Shown: positions 35,340-49,378 of the stretch, one piece after another | Numbering within the stretch: the first letter of the stretch is position 1 | Layout: the number at the start of each line of letters is the position of its first letter | Origin: Vicugna vicugna | Taxonomy: Eukaryota | Direction: 5' to 3' | NCBI GenBank assembly: GCA_013265495.1 | Contig: MU058718.1 | Coordinates: forward strand, 372,001-436,000 | DNA length: 64,000 bases | The notes under the pieces: generated by a model | The model's database searches: none | Told to the model about the DNA's origin: nothing | Seen by the model: the letters and a program-made list of their open reading frames with translations, nothing else | Translations under genes and position numbers: made by a program

Positions 35340-37460
35340 ACTAGGTTTAATGTCTTGGAGATGCTCGCTGATATAATCAGACAATAGAAAGACACGAGAG
35401 GTTTGAAAGGAGAAAGGAGAATGTTCATTATTTGCAAATGAAATGCTTGTATATAAGGAAATCTCAAGAAAATCAACTGGGGGAAAATATTACTAATAAG
35501 AAAATGCAGTAAGGTAGTTGGAAGCAAAATTAATATACAAAACCAATAACAGTCCTATATACAAACAATAACCATTTAGAAAATATAATGGGAGGAAAAA
35601 ATGCACTTACTGTGAAATCAACAAAGATAAACTAGGAATAAATGTACCAAAAAATGTGAAAGAGCTATATAAAGAAAACTTAAACATGCTACCAAAAAGA
35701 GTAAAAGAAGACTTAAATAGAAAAAATATATCCCATTCTTTTTTAAAAAGGGATTTATTTATTTAATTTTTATTGAGATATAGTTAATGTACAATATTAT
35801 ATTAGTTTCAGGTGTACAATATAGTGATTCAAAATTTTTAAGGATTGTACTCCACTTACAGTTATTATAAAATATTGGCTATGTTCCTGTGCTGTACAAT
35901 ATATCCTTGTAGCATAGTTATTTTATACATAATAGTCTGTACATCTTAATCCCTAACCTCTATTTTTTTCCCTCCCTTCTTCCTTCTCCTTACTGGTTAC
36001 CACTAGTTTGTTCTATGTATCTGTGAGTCTGTTTCTGTTTTGTTATATTTATTCGTTTTATTTGTTTACTTTTATTTTTTAGATTCCACATGTAAGTAAT
36101 AACACACAATATTTATCTTTCTGTCTGTGACTTATTTCATTAAGTATAATAACCTTCAGTTTCATCCATGTTGTTGCAAATGGCAACATTTAGAAAAATA
36201 TATAGAAAAATACATCCCATTTTTAGAAATTTGGTATAAAGATGTCACCTCTTCCCTAAATTGTCTATAGTTTTGAGAACATTCAAATATAAAATATCAG
36301 AAGATGTTTGGAGGAACCAAACAGAACTGATTCTAGAGCCAAAAATAAATCTAAAAGTCTTGAAAAAGAAAAATGATGAAGTCTGATTCAATCAGTTATA
36401 ACTGAGAATTAAAATTTGTTGCTAATTCATGAGTAAACAGGTATCTATAAAACAGAAATACGTATACAGAAATTTCACGTATGATAAAGGGAGAAATGGA
36501 GATTTAGTAAAGAATACATTTGCAAAGGGCATGAATACCAGGAGGTGAGAATTACTGAGAACTATCTTGGAGGCGTTCCACCACATAGTGAATGTCTATA
36601 TAGGTATTTACTGTATTTTTTTTCAACTTTTCTGTATATGTGAAAATTTTCAGGAAAGATTAATAAGTTGAACAATATAAAAAGTAAAAAAATAAATATG
36701 CAATATTTCAAGGTCAAAGAACAAATGTTAACCTGGGGAAAATTTTGAAACAATATGACAAAGAACTAATTTCCTTAATATACAGAGAGTTCTTATAAAT
36801 CAACATGATTCCAATAGAAAGATGAACAAGAACATGTGCAGATAGTGTACAGAAAAAGATACACAGATTGCTTTTAACATATGAAAATACATGCAACCTT
36901 TCATACTAAAAGAAATACAAATTGAAACTATGATAGGGCATTTTTCATTTGTCAGATGGTCAAACACCATAAGTTTGATTATATACTGTGTGGAAGAAAG
37001 TGTGGCAGTTTTTATCAGCATGAATGACCAACAGTACTAGTGCTAGGCATATATCCTATAAGCATGTTTTCACGTATGTGCTACAGAGTATGTATAATGC
37101 AAATATTGTATCATTGTAGTAGCAAAAGATTAGAAACATCCTAAATGTTCATTAATGGAGAACTTAAATAAGTTGTGGAATTTATTCCTGAAAGTAGAAT
37201 ACTCTGCAACTGTTAGAATGAGGTATATCTGTATTTCTTCACATGGGATAATCTTTAGTTATGTTAAAAACATCAAGCTATAGAGCAGTAGGTATAGACA
37301 GTAGATAGAATGCTACTGTTAATTGTGTGTGTACTTGTATCTATATACAAATACATTCTCGTATAGTCTATGTTTGTATTTTTTGCTTTTGGGAATGTAG
37401 AGTTAAAGATGGGAGGGAGACTTTATTTTCAATCTATGCCCTTTTGTGTCATGTAAACTT
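35340..37460 (+). mobile_element. Old L1M fragments (ORF2/3'UTR)
   Basis: L1-like phrases caaaattaatatacaaaa, cctaaatgttcattaatgga; boundaries approximate. Confidence 0.65.
35739..36200 (-). mobile_element. Younger L1 3' end inserted into the old L1
   Basis: T-rich left end, L1 3'UTR (ttagattccacatgtaagt), flanking duplication AAAAATA(T/C)ATCCCATT. Confidence 0.8.
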
Positions 37461-38018
37461 TTAAGAGTATATTCTGCACTAAAGTGATGGTTCAGGAATC
37501 TAGTGTGTATTTTTTCTTTGCTTATGAAACAATTAAAAAATTTTTTTAAAACGTAGTCTTACTGTTCATAAGTAATCCTTTTTTTCTTTTTTCTTTTTTT
37601 AACATGGAAAGACTACACCATTTTTATTTTTTCTGCTAATCTGTTTCTTTGGAAGACTATATGAGAAGATAAGTTTCCTTTTCTTCAAGAAATATTCAAA
37701 GTATTCTGGCTCTATTCTTTCTTTCCAGCAAATAAGATGAATTTTTAGATCCAAGGAGCTTATATTCCTTAAGAAGTAGTATTAAAAATACTAGTAACTC
37801 CAAGTGCTCTGTTTTTTGGTGCAAACGGTACTGTGATTCTCACACATTCTTTACTTAAGAAAATTTTAAGTAATTTTTTGAGTTTTGTTAGTTGCCAATT
37901 AAAATACAGATTTTCTTTTATGTTTTGTAGTCTTGTTTGAATCAATTTTCTGCCTTTGTTCTCTTTCTTTTTAAATTTAATTTAAACTTTTGTTTAAAGC
38001 TTTTTTCTTTCCTAATAG

Positions 38019-38111
38019 TTATTGGCAGTTCCTGTGGAGAAATCTGTTAAGCTGTATAGAAGGGAAACTTGGAGTAATCAATTTGATCTTTCAGATAATT
38101 TCATCTCTCAG
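38019..38111 (+). CDS. WDHD1: WDHD1 coding exon (LLAVPVEKSVKLYRRETWSNQFDLSDNFISQ)
   Basis: aatag| ... CAG|gtaagt. Confidence 0.95.
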
Positions 38112-38152
38112 GTAAGTTTTGTAAGTGACATTTTGAGTAGGCTAATGGGAAT

Positions 38153-38873
38153 TTTTTTTTTATATTTTTAGTTGAAGTATAGTTAATTTACAATGTTGTG
38201 TTAGTTTCTGCTGTACAGCAAAGTGATTAAATTATATATAAATATATCCTTTTTCATATTCTTTTCCATTGTAGTTTATTACAAGATATTGAATATAGTT
38301 CCCTGTGCTATATAGTAGGTCATTGTTGTTTATCTATTTTATATACAGTAGTTTGTATCTGCTAATCCCAAACTCCTAATTTATCCCTCTCACCCCTACC
38401 CTCTGCCTTTCCCCTTTGGTAACCATTAGTTTGTTTTCTATGTTGGTGAGTGTGTTTCTGTCTTGTAAATAAGTTCATTTGTATCATTTTTAAGATTCCA
38501 CTTATAAATGATATGATATTTGTCTTTCTCTGACTTCTTTCACTTAGTATGATAATCTCTAGTTCCATCCATGTTGCTGCAAATGGCATTTCATTCTTTT
38601 TTATGGCTGAGTAATATTTGTGTGTGTGTGTGTGTACACGCATACCAAATCTTTTTTATCTATTCACCTGTCAGTGGACATTTAGGTTGTTTCCATGTCT
38701 TGGCTATTATAAATAGTGCTGCTGTGAACACTGGGGTACATGTGTCTTTTTGAATTAGAGTTTCTCCGGATGTATGCCCTGGAGTGGGATTGCTGAATCA
38801 TATGGTAGTTCTATTTTTAGTTTTTTAAGGAACCTCCATAGTGTTTTCCATAGTGGCTGCGTCAATTTACATT
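38153..38873 (-). mobile_element. L1 3' portion with TSD
   Basis: TSD CTAATGGGAAT at 38142-38152 and 38874-38884; ORF 38362-38643 encodes L1-like YYSAIKKNEMPFAATWMELE. Confidence 0.9.
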
Positions 38874-39678
38874 CTAATGGGAATATTTAATGCATACTTT
38901 ACTTAAATACAGTTGCAGTTAAATATCATTGGAGAACAACTCCAATGTTATGCATGTGTCCACCTTCCGCCCCTCAGCCTTTTTTCAGGTAGCCAATACC
39001 TAGACAGTAGATTAATCTTTGCTAGGTTCTATCTGGCTTTCCTCCTTTGTGAAATTTGATAAGAAAATCTTTTAGTTTATAAGAAGGCAAATTTAACCCT
39101 AGCATAGTAATAGGACACATTATTCTCACATTATCAGTAATTAGCCTTTATTGTTAAATTAGTTCCATTGAGACTTGTGATCACAGACCCTGGAATTTAG
39201 AGCAGGAAATATTGTTGGTCTGTTTTCTCTCTCTTTCTCTCTCTCTCCCCTCCTCCTCCTTTCCTTCTCTCATACACACCATTTTGCAGTTAAGGAAACA
39301 GAATCCCAGTAGGTCGGCAATGGCTTAGTACGGTTCACTTAGTACTTCCTAGTTCTCTACATCTTGATTGTGAGTGCTAAGAGGATACCTTGTGTTTTCT
39401 CTCTTTCCAGGATAATAGCATTTTTTACATTTTGCTTTTAAAATTGTGCTAGTCTGATTTTCTTATGATATACAGAGTAATAGCTGCTATTATTTTGATT
39501 GCTGAATTATTATTGAAAAAAAGTTAAAAAATAAGCAAACTTTATCTTGCCATTTGTATATCAGATGTAATTAAAAATTGCATGAGTATGGGTTATAAAA
39601 ATTTGAATTTGGTAATAAAATGAGTGTTAAGTTTCAAATTACATAAAATTATTATTTGTTAATTGTTTTCTTTATTAG

Positions 39679-39785
39679 ACCCTGAATGTAGTAACCTGGT
39701 CTCCTTGTGGGCAATATTTAGCCGCAGGAAGTATTAATGGTTTAATTATAGTTTGGAATGTGGAAACCAAAGATTGCATGGAAAG
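39679..39785 (+). CDS. WDHD1: WDHD1 coding exon (TLNVVTWSPCGQYLAAGSINGLIIVWNVETKDCME)
   Basis: attag| ... AG|gtatga; WD40 repeat. Confidence 0.95.
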
Positions 39786-40012
39786 GTATGATTCATTGTA
39801 TCTTTTGTCTCTTTTTTGCTTATTTCTATTAGATTTTGGTTTGTTTTATTATGAAACATTTCAAATTTGCTGTTATTAGATTGTCAAAATGCAAACATAC
39901 ACCTATGTTTATCAAAAACCATGTAATGTTTTCTAACTAAAATTTACCTAAAGAAAGGTATAATTTCTGTTTTTCTTGTCAGTGTTTCAAGAACTCACTT
40001 TTTAACTTTTAG

Positions 40013-40154
40013 GGTGAAAAATGAGAAAGGTTATGCAATCTGTGGCCTGTCATGGCATCCCACTTGTGGTCAGATAGCTTATACTGATGCAGAAGGAAAT
40101 CTGGGACTCCTGGAGAATGTTTGTGACCCCAGTGGAAAGATGTCAAGCAGTAAG
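40013..40154 (+). CDS. WDHD1: WDHD1 coding exon (VKNEKGYAICGLSWHPTCG...GKMSSSK)
   Basis: tttag| ... AAG|gtaata. Confidence 0.95.
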
Positions 40155-41388
40155 GTAATAAGTAATAGGGTAGAATAGTTTCTTCAAAATCTTTCTGTGG
40201 TCATATGGATTTGGAAAACACCACAAACTATATTACTTTCTTTGAAAAGTATAATTTATGTAATTAGATGCTCAGTAGTGCTCTATCATAAAGAAAATTG
40301 TTTAAACTTGTTTAACCTAATGTTTCCCAAATATATTTTACTAAGAAACTTTTTTCTGTCCATATAATGCCTATCAATATTCTGTGGCTTTCCAAGGAAT
40401 ACCTTTGTGAAGTACTATTTTAGTATCCTGGTGTTCTTGGATTTTTTAATTAAATAAATGTTTTATAAATAAAAATTTGAGTTTATAAGTGTAACTTACT
40501 TTAGCTTATAAAATTTTTCTGTCCTGAATTAGCCTTAACTTTTACAGCTAATCATATACATCTTATGCTTATCTCTCCAGCCTTACTGAACCGCTTTAAA
40601 TGGGCCACCTTGTTTTATACCTCATTGCTTTCTGCTCATTATTCCCCCTGCCTGGCAGATATATTCACTCATATTTCAAGTTGTTTTAGACTTCCAATTA
40701 AGGATCACAGACTTAATACACCCATTTATTTCTACTCAAATTCCTCATACCTGGAAGCCCAACTAAAACTATACTGAGAGAAATTTTTTTAATGCATAAT
40801 CTCATAAGGTTAAAGAAGATAGTTGAAATGATGATAGTAAAAAAAAATTTTTAAGCTGGAAAATAGAAGAATGTTAGAAACTAAGCTTAGCTTCTCAAAA
40901 AGCTGAATCCTAAGACTGCACTGGGGGAAAGATAAGGTGCCACTAGCTTGTCTAACTGAATCCCCAAAGAGTCAGAATTTGGTAGTACTAGGTACTTCTT
41001 AAAAATGATACTGAAAACAGGAGGGTTGATTTAATAAGCAAGTAGATCTGTCCAGTCTTAACATCGGTGGGCACAGCTAAGTAACTGTCCTCCTTCACCC
41101 CTGTATACATTTTGGCAGAATGCTGGAGATTTCTTCTCTAGATAAGGTAAAACTGAGGTCTTTGTTCCAGGGACACTGGGTACAACTGAGTGGCACTGGG
41201 TGGAGGGGGAATATTTACTGAAAAGGCTTAAATGATAGTGTTATATATTTGAGTGCTGATATTCCCAGCTCACTTTTCATGCTTAGCTCCCAGAGCATTG
41301 TCAGCCAGTCTTAACGCTTTTCAGGCAGGAGAGTGTAAGATCATCTCTGGGGAATCTATCTAAGAAAAAAGACTAAAACAGGTAGGCG

Positions 41389-42922
41389 TTTTTTTTTTTT
41401 TTCAAGTATAGTTGATGTATAGTATTACATAAGTTACAGGGATACAATATAGTTATTCACTATATTGTAAGATTATACTCTACTTAAAGTTACAAAGTAT
41501 TGGCTATGTTCCCTGTGTTGTACAGTATATACTTGTAGCTTATTTTATACCTGATAGTTTGTGTCTCTTAATCCTCTGTCCTTGTATTGCCCTTCCCCCC
41601 TTCTCTCTCCCCACTAGTTTGTTCTCTGTATCCATGAGTCTGTTTCTTTTATTATTATTTCACTAGTTTTTGTTGTATTTTTTAGATTCTAGATATAAGT
41701 GATAACATACAGTATTTGTCTTTGTCTGACTTATTTCACTTAGTATAACACACCCCCGGTCCATTCACGTTGCAAATGGCAAAATTTTATTCTTATGGCT
41801 AAGTAGTATTCCATTTTGTGTATGTGTGTGTGTATGTGTATGTGTATGTGTGTACATATGTACACATACATCTTCTTTATCTATTCATCTGTTGATGAAC
41901 TTACAGGTTGCTTCCATAAATTGGCAATGGTAAATAATGCTGCTGTGAACATTGAGGTGCATGAATCTTTTTGAATTAGTGTTTTTGTTTTTTATGGATA
42001 TATACCCAGGAGTAGAATTGCTGAGTCATGTGGTACTCTTATTTTTAGTTTTTTGAGAAACCTCCATACTGTTTTCTATAATGTCTGCACCAATTTACAT
42101 TCCCACCAACAGCATACCAGGGTTCCCTTTTCTCACATCCTTGCCCACATTTGTTATTTGTATGCTTTTTGATCCTAGCCCTTCTGACAGGTATGAGGTG
42201 ATACCTCATTATGGTTTTGATTTGCCTTTCTCTAATAATTAGCAGTGTTGAACATCCTTTCATGTGCCTAAGGGCCATGTACATTTCCTCTTTGGAAAAA
42301 TGTCTTTTCAGGGCTTCTGCCCATATTTAATTGTTTTTTTTTTCTTGATATTAAGTGGTATTAGCTGTTAATATATTTTAGATATTAACCTCTTATCGGT
42401 CATACCATTTGCAAATATTTTCTCCCATTCAGTAGGTTTTCTTTTCATTTTGTGGATGATTTCCTTTGCTGTGCAAAAACTCTTAAATTCAATCAGGTCC
42501 CATTTGTTTATTTTTGCTTTTGTTTCCTTTGCCTTAGGGGCAGATCCAAAAAAATTTTGCTACAATTTTATGTCTGAGTATTCTGCCTGTATTTTCCTCT
42601 AGGAGTTAAAATTTCAAGTCTTACACTTAGATCTTTAATACATTCTGAGTTTATTTTTGTATGTGGTGTTAGAGAATGTTCTAATTTCAGTCTTTTACGG
42701 GTAGCTGTCCAGTTTTCCCAGCATCACTTATTAAAGACTGTTTTCTCCCCACTGTATATTCTTGCCTCCTTTGTCATATATTAATTGACCATAAGTGTGT
42801 GAGCTTATTTCTGGACTTCCTATCCTGTTTAATTAATATGTGTCTGGTTTTGTGCCAGTACAATACTGTTCTGATGACTGTAACTTTGTAGTATAGTCTG
42901 AAGTCAGGGAGCATGATTCCAG
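41389..42922 (-). mobile_element. L1 (ORF2 C-terminal part + 3'UTR)
   Basis: Poly-T start; ORFs 42045-42284 and 42774-42968 carry L1 ORF2 remnants (LPDFRLYYK...[13 protein letters not shown]). Confidence 0.9.
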
Positions 42923-43157
42923 AGAGATTTTTAACTCCACAAAAAAAACGTTGTGGGAAAATGATCATAATATACTACATCTGTAAATCAATGGATAAGG
43001 TTAATGCCTATCACCTAGGGTTACTGGGACAATTAAATGAATTGTGTATAAAGAGTTAGAACAGTCTGTAGCACAACACTTTGTAAATGTTATTATAATT
43101 TTTATTCAGCCACGAATAGCACTTACATGGTCATAATAAATCAAAATACTGATTATT

Positions 43158-43324
43158 TTTTGTTTTTTGTGAGAGGTAACTAGGTTTTGGGGGGTTTTTG
43201 TTTTTTGGTTTTTGTTTTAGTAGAGGTACTGGAGATTGAACCCAGAACCTTGTGCATGCTAAGCACCCACTCTACCACTGAGCTATACCCATACTCTACC
43301 CGCTGAACTATACCCTCCTCCCCT
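43158..43324 (-). mobile_element. tRNA-derived SINE (camelid Vic-like) with duplicated head
   Basis: TSD AAATACTGATTATT at 43144-43157 and 43325-43338; gtactggagattgaacccagaacc core. Confidence 0.85.
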
Positions 43325-44589
43325 AAATACTGATTATTGATCCAACCAAAATAAAAATATTTCCATATTGCAAGGACAAGGGTAGGAGAATGATGTGCAT
43401 GTATACAAGGAGGGTAAGGGTGGTTGAAAAATGGCACCAAATCCTCATCTTCCCTAATAGAAGGAAGTTAATAGCATCAGTTAAATAGATAATAATTAAA
43501 ACTGAAAAATCAAAAAATAAGACTAGAATATTTAAAAGTATAGAGGAAAGTATCAAAAGAAACAATTGAAAGCAGAGAAGTAAATTGGAGGCTGTACAGA
43601 GAGTTTTCATTTTTATAATAAACCTTATAACACTGCATGTGTTACATATGCACGTATAACATTGATAAAAACAAAAAGTAAATTGAGAAATAATTTTTAG
43701 TTCAAAGGTCACCTCTTATAAAACTTTAACCCTTCTATCCAGAATTCTCCAGTCTCTCCTTTTTAGTCTTATTTCTCAGTACTTATTTCTGTTACAACAC
43801 CTTTAATACTTTATGGCCCTCACCATAAAAGATAAGGTCAAAACCTTCATTTTTGAATAAGGAAGTGCAAAAATAAAGTTTTTCACCAACTTGAGTACGT
43901 AAACTTTTAGGACTATGGATGGAATAGTTAAATATCTTCTTATAGCATTTATTTATAAATTTAATTGTTCAAATCATATGTTTAAATATATGAATTTAGG
44001 AGTATTTTTTTCTGTTCTCTTGTTTCTTTAAATGTTAATTTTCCAAACACAATCATCTGTACTTCCATCTAAAAGATTTGTGATATAGTCCCTTTTGATT
44101 CCATTAATGATGTTCTCATTAGAATTTTATATCCAACTATAAGTTTCTGTTGCCTTAACACTTGTGCAGTTTTCATTCGTCCTATAGGAATATTGTGATC
44201 TTTACAATGTATCTGCTTACTATTCCCTTTTTAAAGTGATCTCAAAAACTGTTTATAGGGACATTCAGTACCTGCAGCAGTATGTTCACATTCCTAGGAA
44301 TCGATTAATATTGAATTTCTTTGCTGCCTTTGTTTTTCTATTGGTTCTATCCATTTACTTCTATAAGCATCAAAACAAAAAACAAAACAAAACAAAAACA
44401 CCAACCCTCCAAAAAATTAGCTTTCACTGAGATCATTTAAAGCAAACATATCTTACCTAAGCAGTGTCTTATTCAAAATAGAGGAAAGTGAGAGAATATC
44501 TTATAATGAGAGATTTTGTAAGGACTCATAGGTGACTTCTTTTATGGAGAAGACTTGTGAGGAATAAAATCTTGCTTCATATTTGGGTG

Positions 44590-44621
44590 TATATATATAT
44601 ACATACATATATATATATATT
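44590..44621. repeat. (TA)n/(TACA) microsatellite
   Basis: tatatatatatacatacatatatatatatat. Confidence 0.9.
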
Positions 44622-44860
44622 CTTTACATGTCTGTCTTACACTCCCACCTTACCTGTAGACTATAAGGCATTTAAAGTAAGGACTGGATCTTACATAAAT
44701 GTAAGTACAATCCTCATAAGTATATTTACTAATTATTTTTACCAGCATATTTGCTTACTTAGTAGAGTTTATAGGTACATATTAAAAGACTACCTATTGA
44801 GTTATTGAGTTGATCTAAATAGTTCACTAATACTTTTTAATTTGTGTTAAATTGTTCAAG

Positions 44861-45071
44861 GTATCTAGCAGAGTGGAAAAGGATTACAGTGATCTTTTTG
44901 ATGGAGATGATAGAAGTAATGCTGGTGATTTTCTAAATGACAATGCAGTCGAAATGCGCTCTTTTTCAAAAGGGATTATCAACGATGAGGAAGATGATGA
45001 TGACCTCATGCTGGCTTCAGGTCGTCCTAGACAGCGAAGTCACGTCCTAGATGATGATGAAAATTCAGTTG
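44861..45071 (+). CDS. WDHD1: WDHD1 coding exon (VSSRVEKDY...DDENSV), acidic linker
   Basis: tcaag| ... G|gtatgc; lies within ORF 44852-45124. Confidence 0.95.
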
Positions 45072-45108
45072 GTATGCACTCACTTTGTGAATGTGATGAT
45101 CCATCCTG

Positions 45109-45246
45109 GGTTTTCTTTTTTTAAGGAGGGGCGGTAATTAGGCTTATTTTTTCATTTATTTTTAATGGAAGTACTGGGGATTGAACCCAGGACCTCAATG
45201 CATGCTAAGCATACACTCTACCACTGAGCTATACCCTCCCCCCTCA
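45109..45246 (-). mobile_element. tRNA-derived SINE (camelid Vic-like)
   Basis: TSD ATGATCCATCCTG at 45096-45108 and 45247-45259; starts about 38 nt after a WDHD1 exon donor. Confidence 0.9.
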
Positions 45247-45319
45247 ATGATCCATCCTGTTGATCAATATTTTCAGTATTTTATCAAAGCTATTATATAA
45301 AGTTGTTTTTGAATTAGTA

Positions 45320-45830
45320 GAATGTAGCTAAAGCAGTGTGTAGAGGGGACTTTATAGCATTAAATATGTATAGTAAAAAAGGTTTCAAATCAATGATCTA
45401 AGTTTCTGCTTTAGCAAACCAGCAAAAGAAGAGAAAATTAAATCCCAAGCCAGCAGAAGGAAGGAAATAATAAAGAGCAGAATTCAGTGAAACTGACAAC
45501 CAGAGTCTATAGAGAAAGTCAGTAAAACCAAAAGCTAGTTTTTTGAGAAGATCAATAAAATTACTATTTAAAATATAGCTCCTAGAAAATTTTTACTTAC
45601 ATATGTAACTCACATTTTATTTCTGTAATACAGCACTGCTATTAATAGCAAAAGGATAATAGGAGAATATTATGAACACTTTTGTGCCCATAACTTCACC
45701 AACTTAGATAAAATAGACAAGTTCTTTGAAAGACACAAACTACCAGGCTAACTCAAGGAGAAATAGGTGACTGAATAGTACAGTATCTGTTAAAGTTATT
45801 GAGATTGTAACTAAAAACTTTGAAATAAAG
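45320..45830 (+). mobile_element. L1 ORF2 fragments
   Basis: gcagaaggaaggaaataataaagagcagaa; aaaaccaaaagctagttttttgagaagatcaataaaatt. Confidence 0.7.
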
Positions 45831-45942
45831 TACCTATTACAACAACTTACTTGGCAAAATAACAGATTTGAACATTACCAATTAAAAGTCCAATGTACAA
45901 TGTAAATTGTACTGCATTTAAAGCATATAGGGCTTATAGGAT

Positions 45943-47540
45943 AGCACTCCTCAGATGTTTGGTCTCAGGAGCTCATTTCATTCTTAAAAATTTTGAGGAC
46001 TCTGAAGAAAATCATCTATGGAGCTATATTTATTATTATTTACCATGTTAGGAATTAAAACGGAGAAATTTTTTAAATATTTATTCACTTTAAAATAACA
46101 GTAAACTCGTTAATAAACATGTAAACATAACTTTTTAATGAAATTTTTTTAAAAATTAGAAAAGTGGCATTATTTTACCCTTTTGCAAATCCTGTTAATG
46201 TCTATCATAAAAGACAGCTAGATTCTCTCATGTGCTTCAGAATTCAGTCTACTGCCATATATTGTTTTTATTTTTAAGTGAAGAAAATTTCATCTCACAC
46301 AATATGTAGTTTAAAAAAGAGAGAGAGATTTTAATAGCCTATTGAAATAATTGTGGATATTGTTCTTTGATGCTGCACCAAAACACAACAAATGATAGTT
46401 TCTTAAAGATTACTTGCAGTGTGGAGTCTGAGAACTTTTTGCGAACTTTTTGATGAACATTTCGACTCTTATTATTACATTAAAATCCACTGGTCTAACT
46501 TGAACTTTAAGTGGAACATTTACCACGTTTGGTTTTGTAACATACGTATTGGTGATTTGGGAAATACTGATTCACTGAGGTTTGCAGACTTTCCTAATAC
46601 TGACACATTTTCCAGAATAATATTTGTTAGTATCAGCACCAATCTCATCAGAAGTTTTAAAATATTATGAAGCAGTCAAGCTCATGGTGGCAGATACAAG
46701 TTTTCCACTATTCTCATTTTTGCTTGAAAGCTCAAATTTTATCATTGACCACAAAGTCTGTCAGTTATTTTTCTTAAGTGACCAGCTCACTTCATTCATT
46801 TTTAAGAAACTGTTTACCACATACCTAAATCTGTGTAACCACAGTTTATCTGGCATTCTTTTAAGTAAAAATGGTATTACATGAGAAACTTAGCTAGTTC
46901 AGCTTACAAATCAATTACACAAATGCTTTTTTTAAGACAACCATTACAATTCTTTATGCATACTTCCCATTTTAGCACAGAGAATGCTTTTTTTAAATCT
47001 ATGCAAAGATCAAGATTTAATAAAATTAATATTTTTACTATTTTTTAACATTTTTTATTGATTTATAATCATTTTACAATGTTGTGTCACATTCGTGTTC
47101 AGCACAATTTTTCAGTTGTCACATTTTTTTCTCTATGAGCTACCATAAGATCTTGTGTATATTTCCCTGTGCTATACAGCATAATCTTGTTTATCTATTC
47201 TACAATTTTGAAATCCCCTCTATCCCTTCCCACCCTCCCTTGGCAACCACAAGTTTGTATTCTATGTCTATGAGTCTATTTCTGTTTTGTATTTATGCTA
47301 AAAATACCATATGAGATTGCTCATATGTGGAATCTAAAAAACAAAAACAAAAACAAAAATATTTTTACTGTTTTTAATGCAGTTAAGTGGTGGTTAACAA
47401 TGCATTGACTACTAATACAGATTGGTGCCACTGCCTTGGTTCATGCTAAGGTACTAACAGTTTTACCTCCATTGCTTTTGAACTATTACTGCAGATGTCC
47501 ATGAAAGAGACAAATAACATTTTAGCATTATTAAATATGA
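45943..47540. mobile_element. Charlie1-type hAT DNA transposon
   Basis: tttggtctcagga...ttcttaaaaattttgaggac...aattaaaacggagaaattt terminus; aagctcatggtggcagatacaagttttcca internal motif. Confidence 0.75.
47040..47357 (-). mobile_element. Short L1 with 5' inversion, inserted in the Charlie1 element
   Basis: TSD AATATTTTTACT at 47028-47039 and 47358-47369; segment 47300-47357 inverted. Confidence 0.8.
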
Positions 47541-47630
47541 ATGGACAAGGTTATTAGATTTTCATAATGCTTTTCTTTTTTAAGGTCATTGGTATTTATG
47601 ATTCTCTAATTATAATCCTTTGTTTTCTAG

Positions 47631-47818
47631 ATGTTACAATGCTAAAAAATAGTTCCAGTCTTCTCAAAGAGGAGGAGGAAGATGATCAGGCAGGCGGCAT
47701 TCACAATCTACCACTTTTAACATCTCAAAGGCCATTTTATAATGGTCCTATGCCAACTCCCCGGCAAAAGCCATTCCAATCAGGTTCTACACCCTTGCAT
47801 CTCACTCACAGATTCATG
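47631..47818 (+). CDS. WDHD1: WDHD1 coding exon (VTMLKNSSSLL...QKPFQSGSTPLHLTHRFM)
   Basis: tctag| ... ATG|gtaagt; start of the SepB/CTF4 domain. Confidence 0.95.
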
Positions 47819-49193
47819 GTAAGTCTCGGGTCTACACTTAACTTTAAAATAGTTTTATCTCACCTGTCAGCATTTTATCTCAATATAGTTAATTTTGTTT
47901 GGTAAAAGCTATTTTTTAAAAACCTTGATTAAGTTGCCTAAAGCACTTTGGTTGATTATAATTTTTTGGTTGATTTGTTTTATGGTTAACTCACAGTTTT
48001 AATCTTATTTCAGCCTCATTATTCAAAATTCTGTTAAATAAAATTCTGCTTTGTAAAATGACACATAATGAACATAAGTAAATGTGACTGTGTATCTTGC
48101 AGTACCTCTTGGCTATACTTAGAAACTTTACTTCTCATATTACTTTTTATATAGGAGATTGTACTGATTCCAGAACATTAGTTGGAAGATGTTTTTTAGA
48201 AAGCAGCACCTAGTACAGTATACTATTAGAAGGTTATAAGTACTGTGAAAAGAAACTATCTGCCTCTTTTTCCCATCCCACCAGCATGTATGCTCCATAA
48301 GCATAGTGATTTTTCTAATTTGTTTACTGATAGCACTTAGGACAAGGTATGGCACAGTAGGCATTAAACATTTATTTATGGAATGACTGTATTAGCTTTT
48401 TGTCTTAAGTTTAAAAGCTGAAAAATTTTAATATTTCTATTTGTTGATTATTTGAGATTTTTCACTGAGAACTTTGCCTCTTGTGTTTTTTGAATGGAAT
48501 AGTCCTGGCATAAATTTGTATATAAATATTAAAGGTGATGTTTTTATTTTTTTTAAAAAGTTTTATTGCCATCAGTAATTATCATCAAGTAATAGGTCTT
48601 GATTTTTCTAATATTGTCAACTACTTTTATAGCTGTTACTTGTGGTATAGGAAAGAAACACTAGGTCCTGTCCTACCCAGTGAGAGCTTATAGTGTACAT
48701 GAGTGAAAGATAAGTTTTCTAAATGTTACCAGTTTATGCTGCCTTAAAAATGTATGTATTTATTCTGTAACTATACACCAGTTAGCTGGAACAAAAAAAT
48801 ATGCTGTCATTTATATCCATATTTGTGAGTAAGTAAATGTTTGAAATGTTTCTTTTGAGGAATTTAATGGTTCAGTTGTTCAAAGGCCAATTATAGAGTA
48901 TTTTTTTATGACAGTAATGAAATTCTTAAAAATATGAAGTGAAATATTCCATTTGCTAATAAATAAGTATATACTTACCTTCTTTTCATGAAGAATAGAA
49001 TAATTAATCATTTTGCTCTGATGTTACTACTGTTACCTGAAACTGTTTAGAGGTATGTAAGCTGTGGCTACTCCATAACTTAAACCTTGATACTGACTGA
49101 ATTATAGTATTTGTTAGTTTGTGCTGTTTTAGCCTACTGATTCTAGGAGCTTCAGTCTTTTTCAGACTTGTATTTAACCTTACATATTTGTAG

Positions 49194-49378
49194 GTGTGGA
49201 ACTCTATTGGAATTATTCGCTGCTATAATGATGAGCAAGACAATGCCATAGATGTGGAGTTCCATGATACCTCCATACACCATGCAACACACTTATCAAA
49301 CACTTTGAATTATACAGTAGCAGATCTTTCCCATGAAGCTATTTTGTTGGCATGTGAGAGCACTGATGAACTAGCAAG
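49194..49378 (+). CDS. WDHD1: WDHD1 coding exon (VWNSIGIIRCYNDEQDNAIDVEFHD...TDELA)
   Basis: tgtag| ... AG|gtaaat. Confidence 0.95.
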
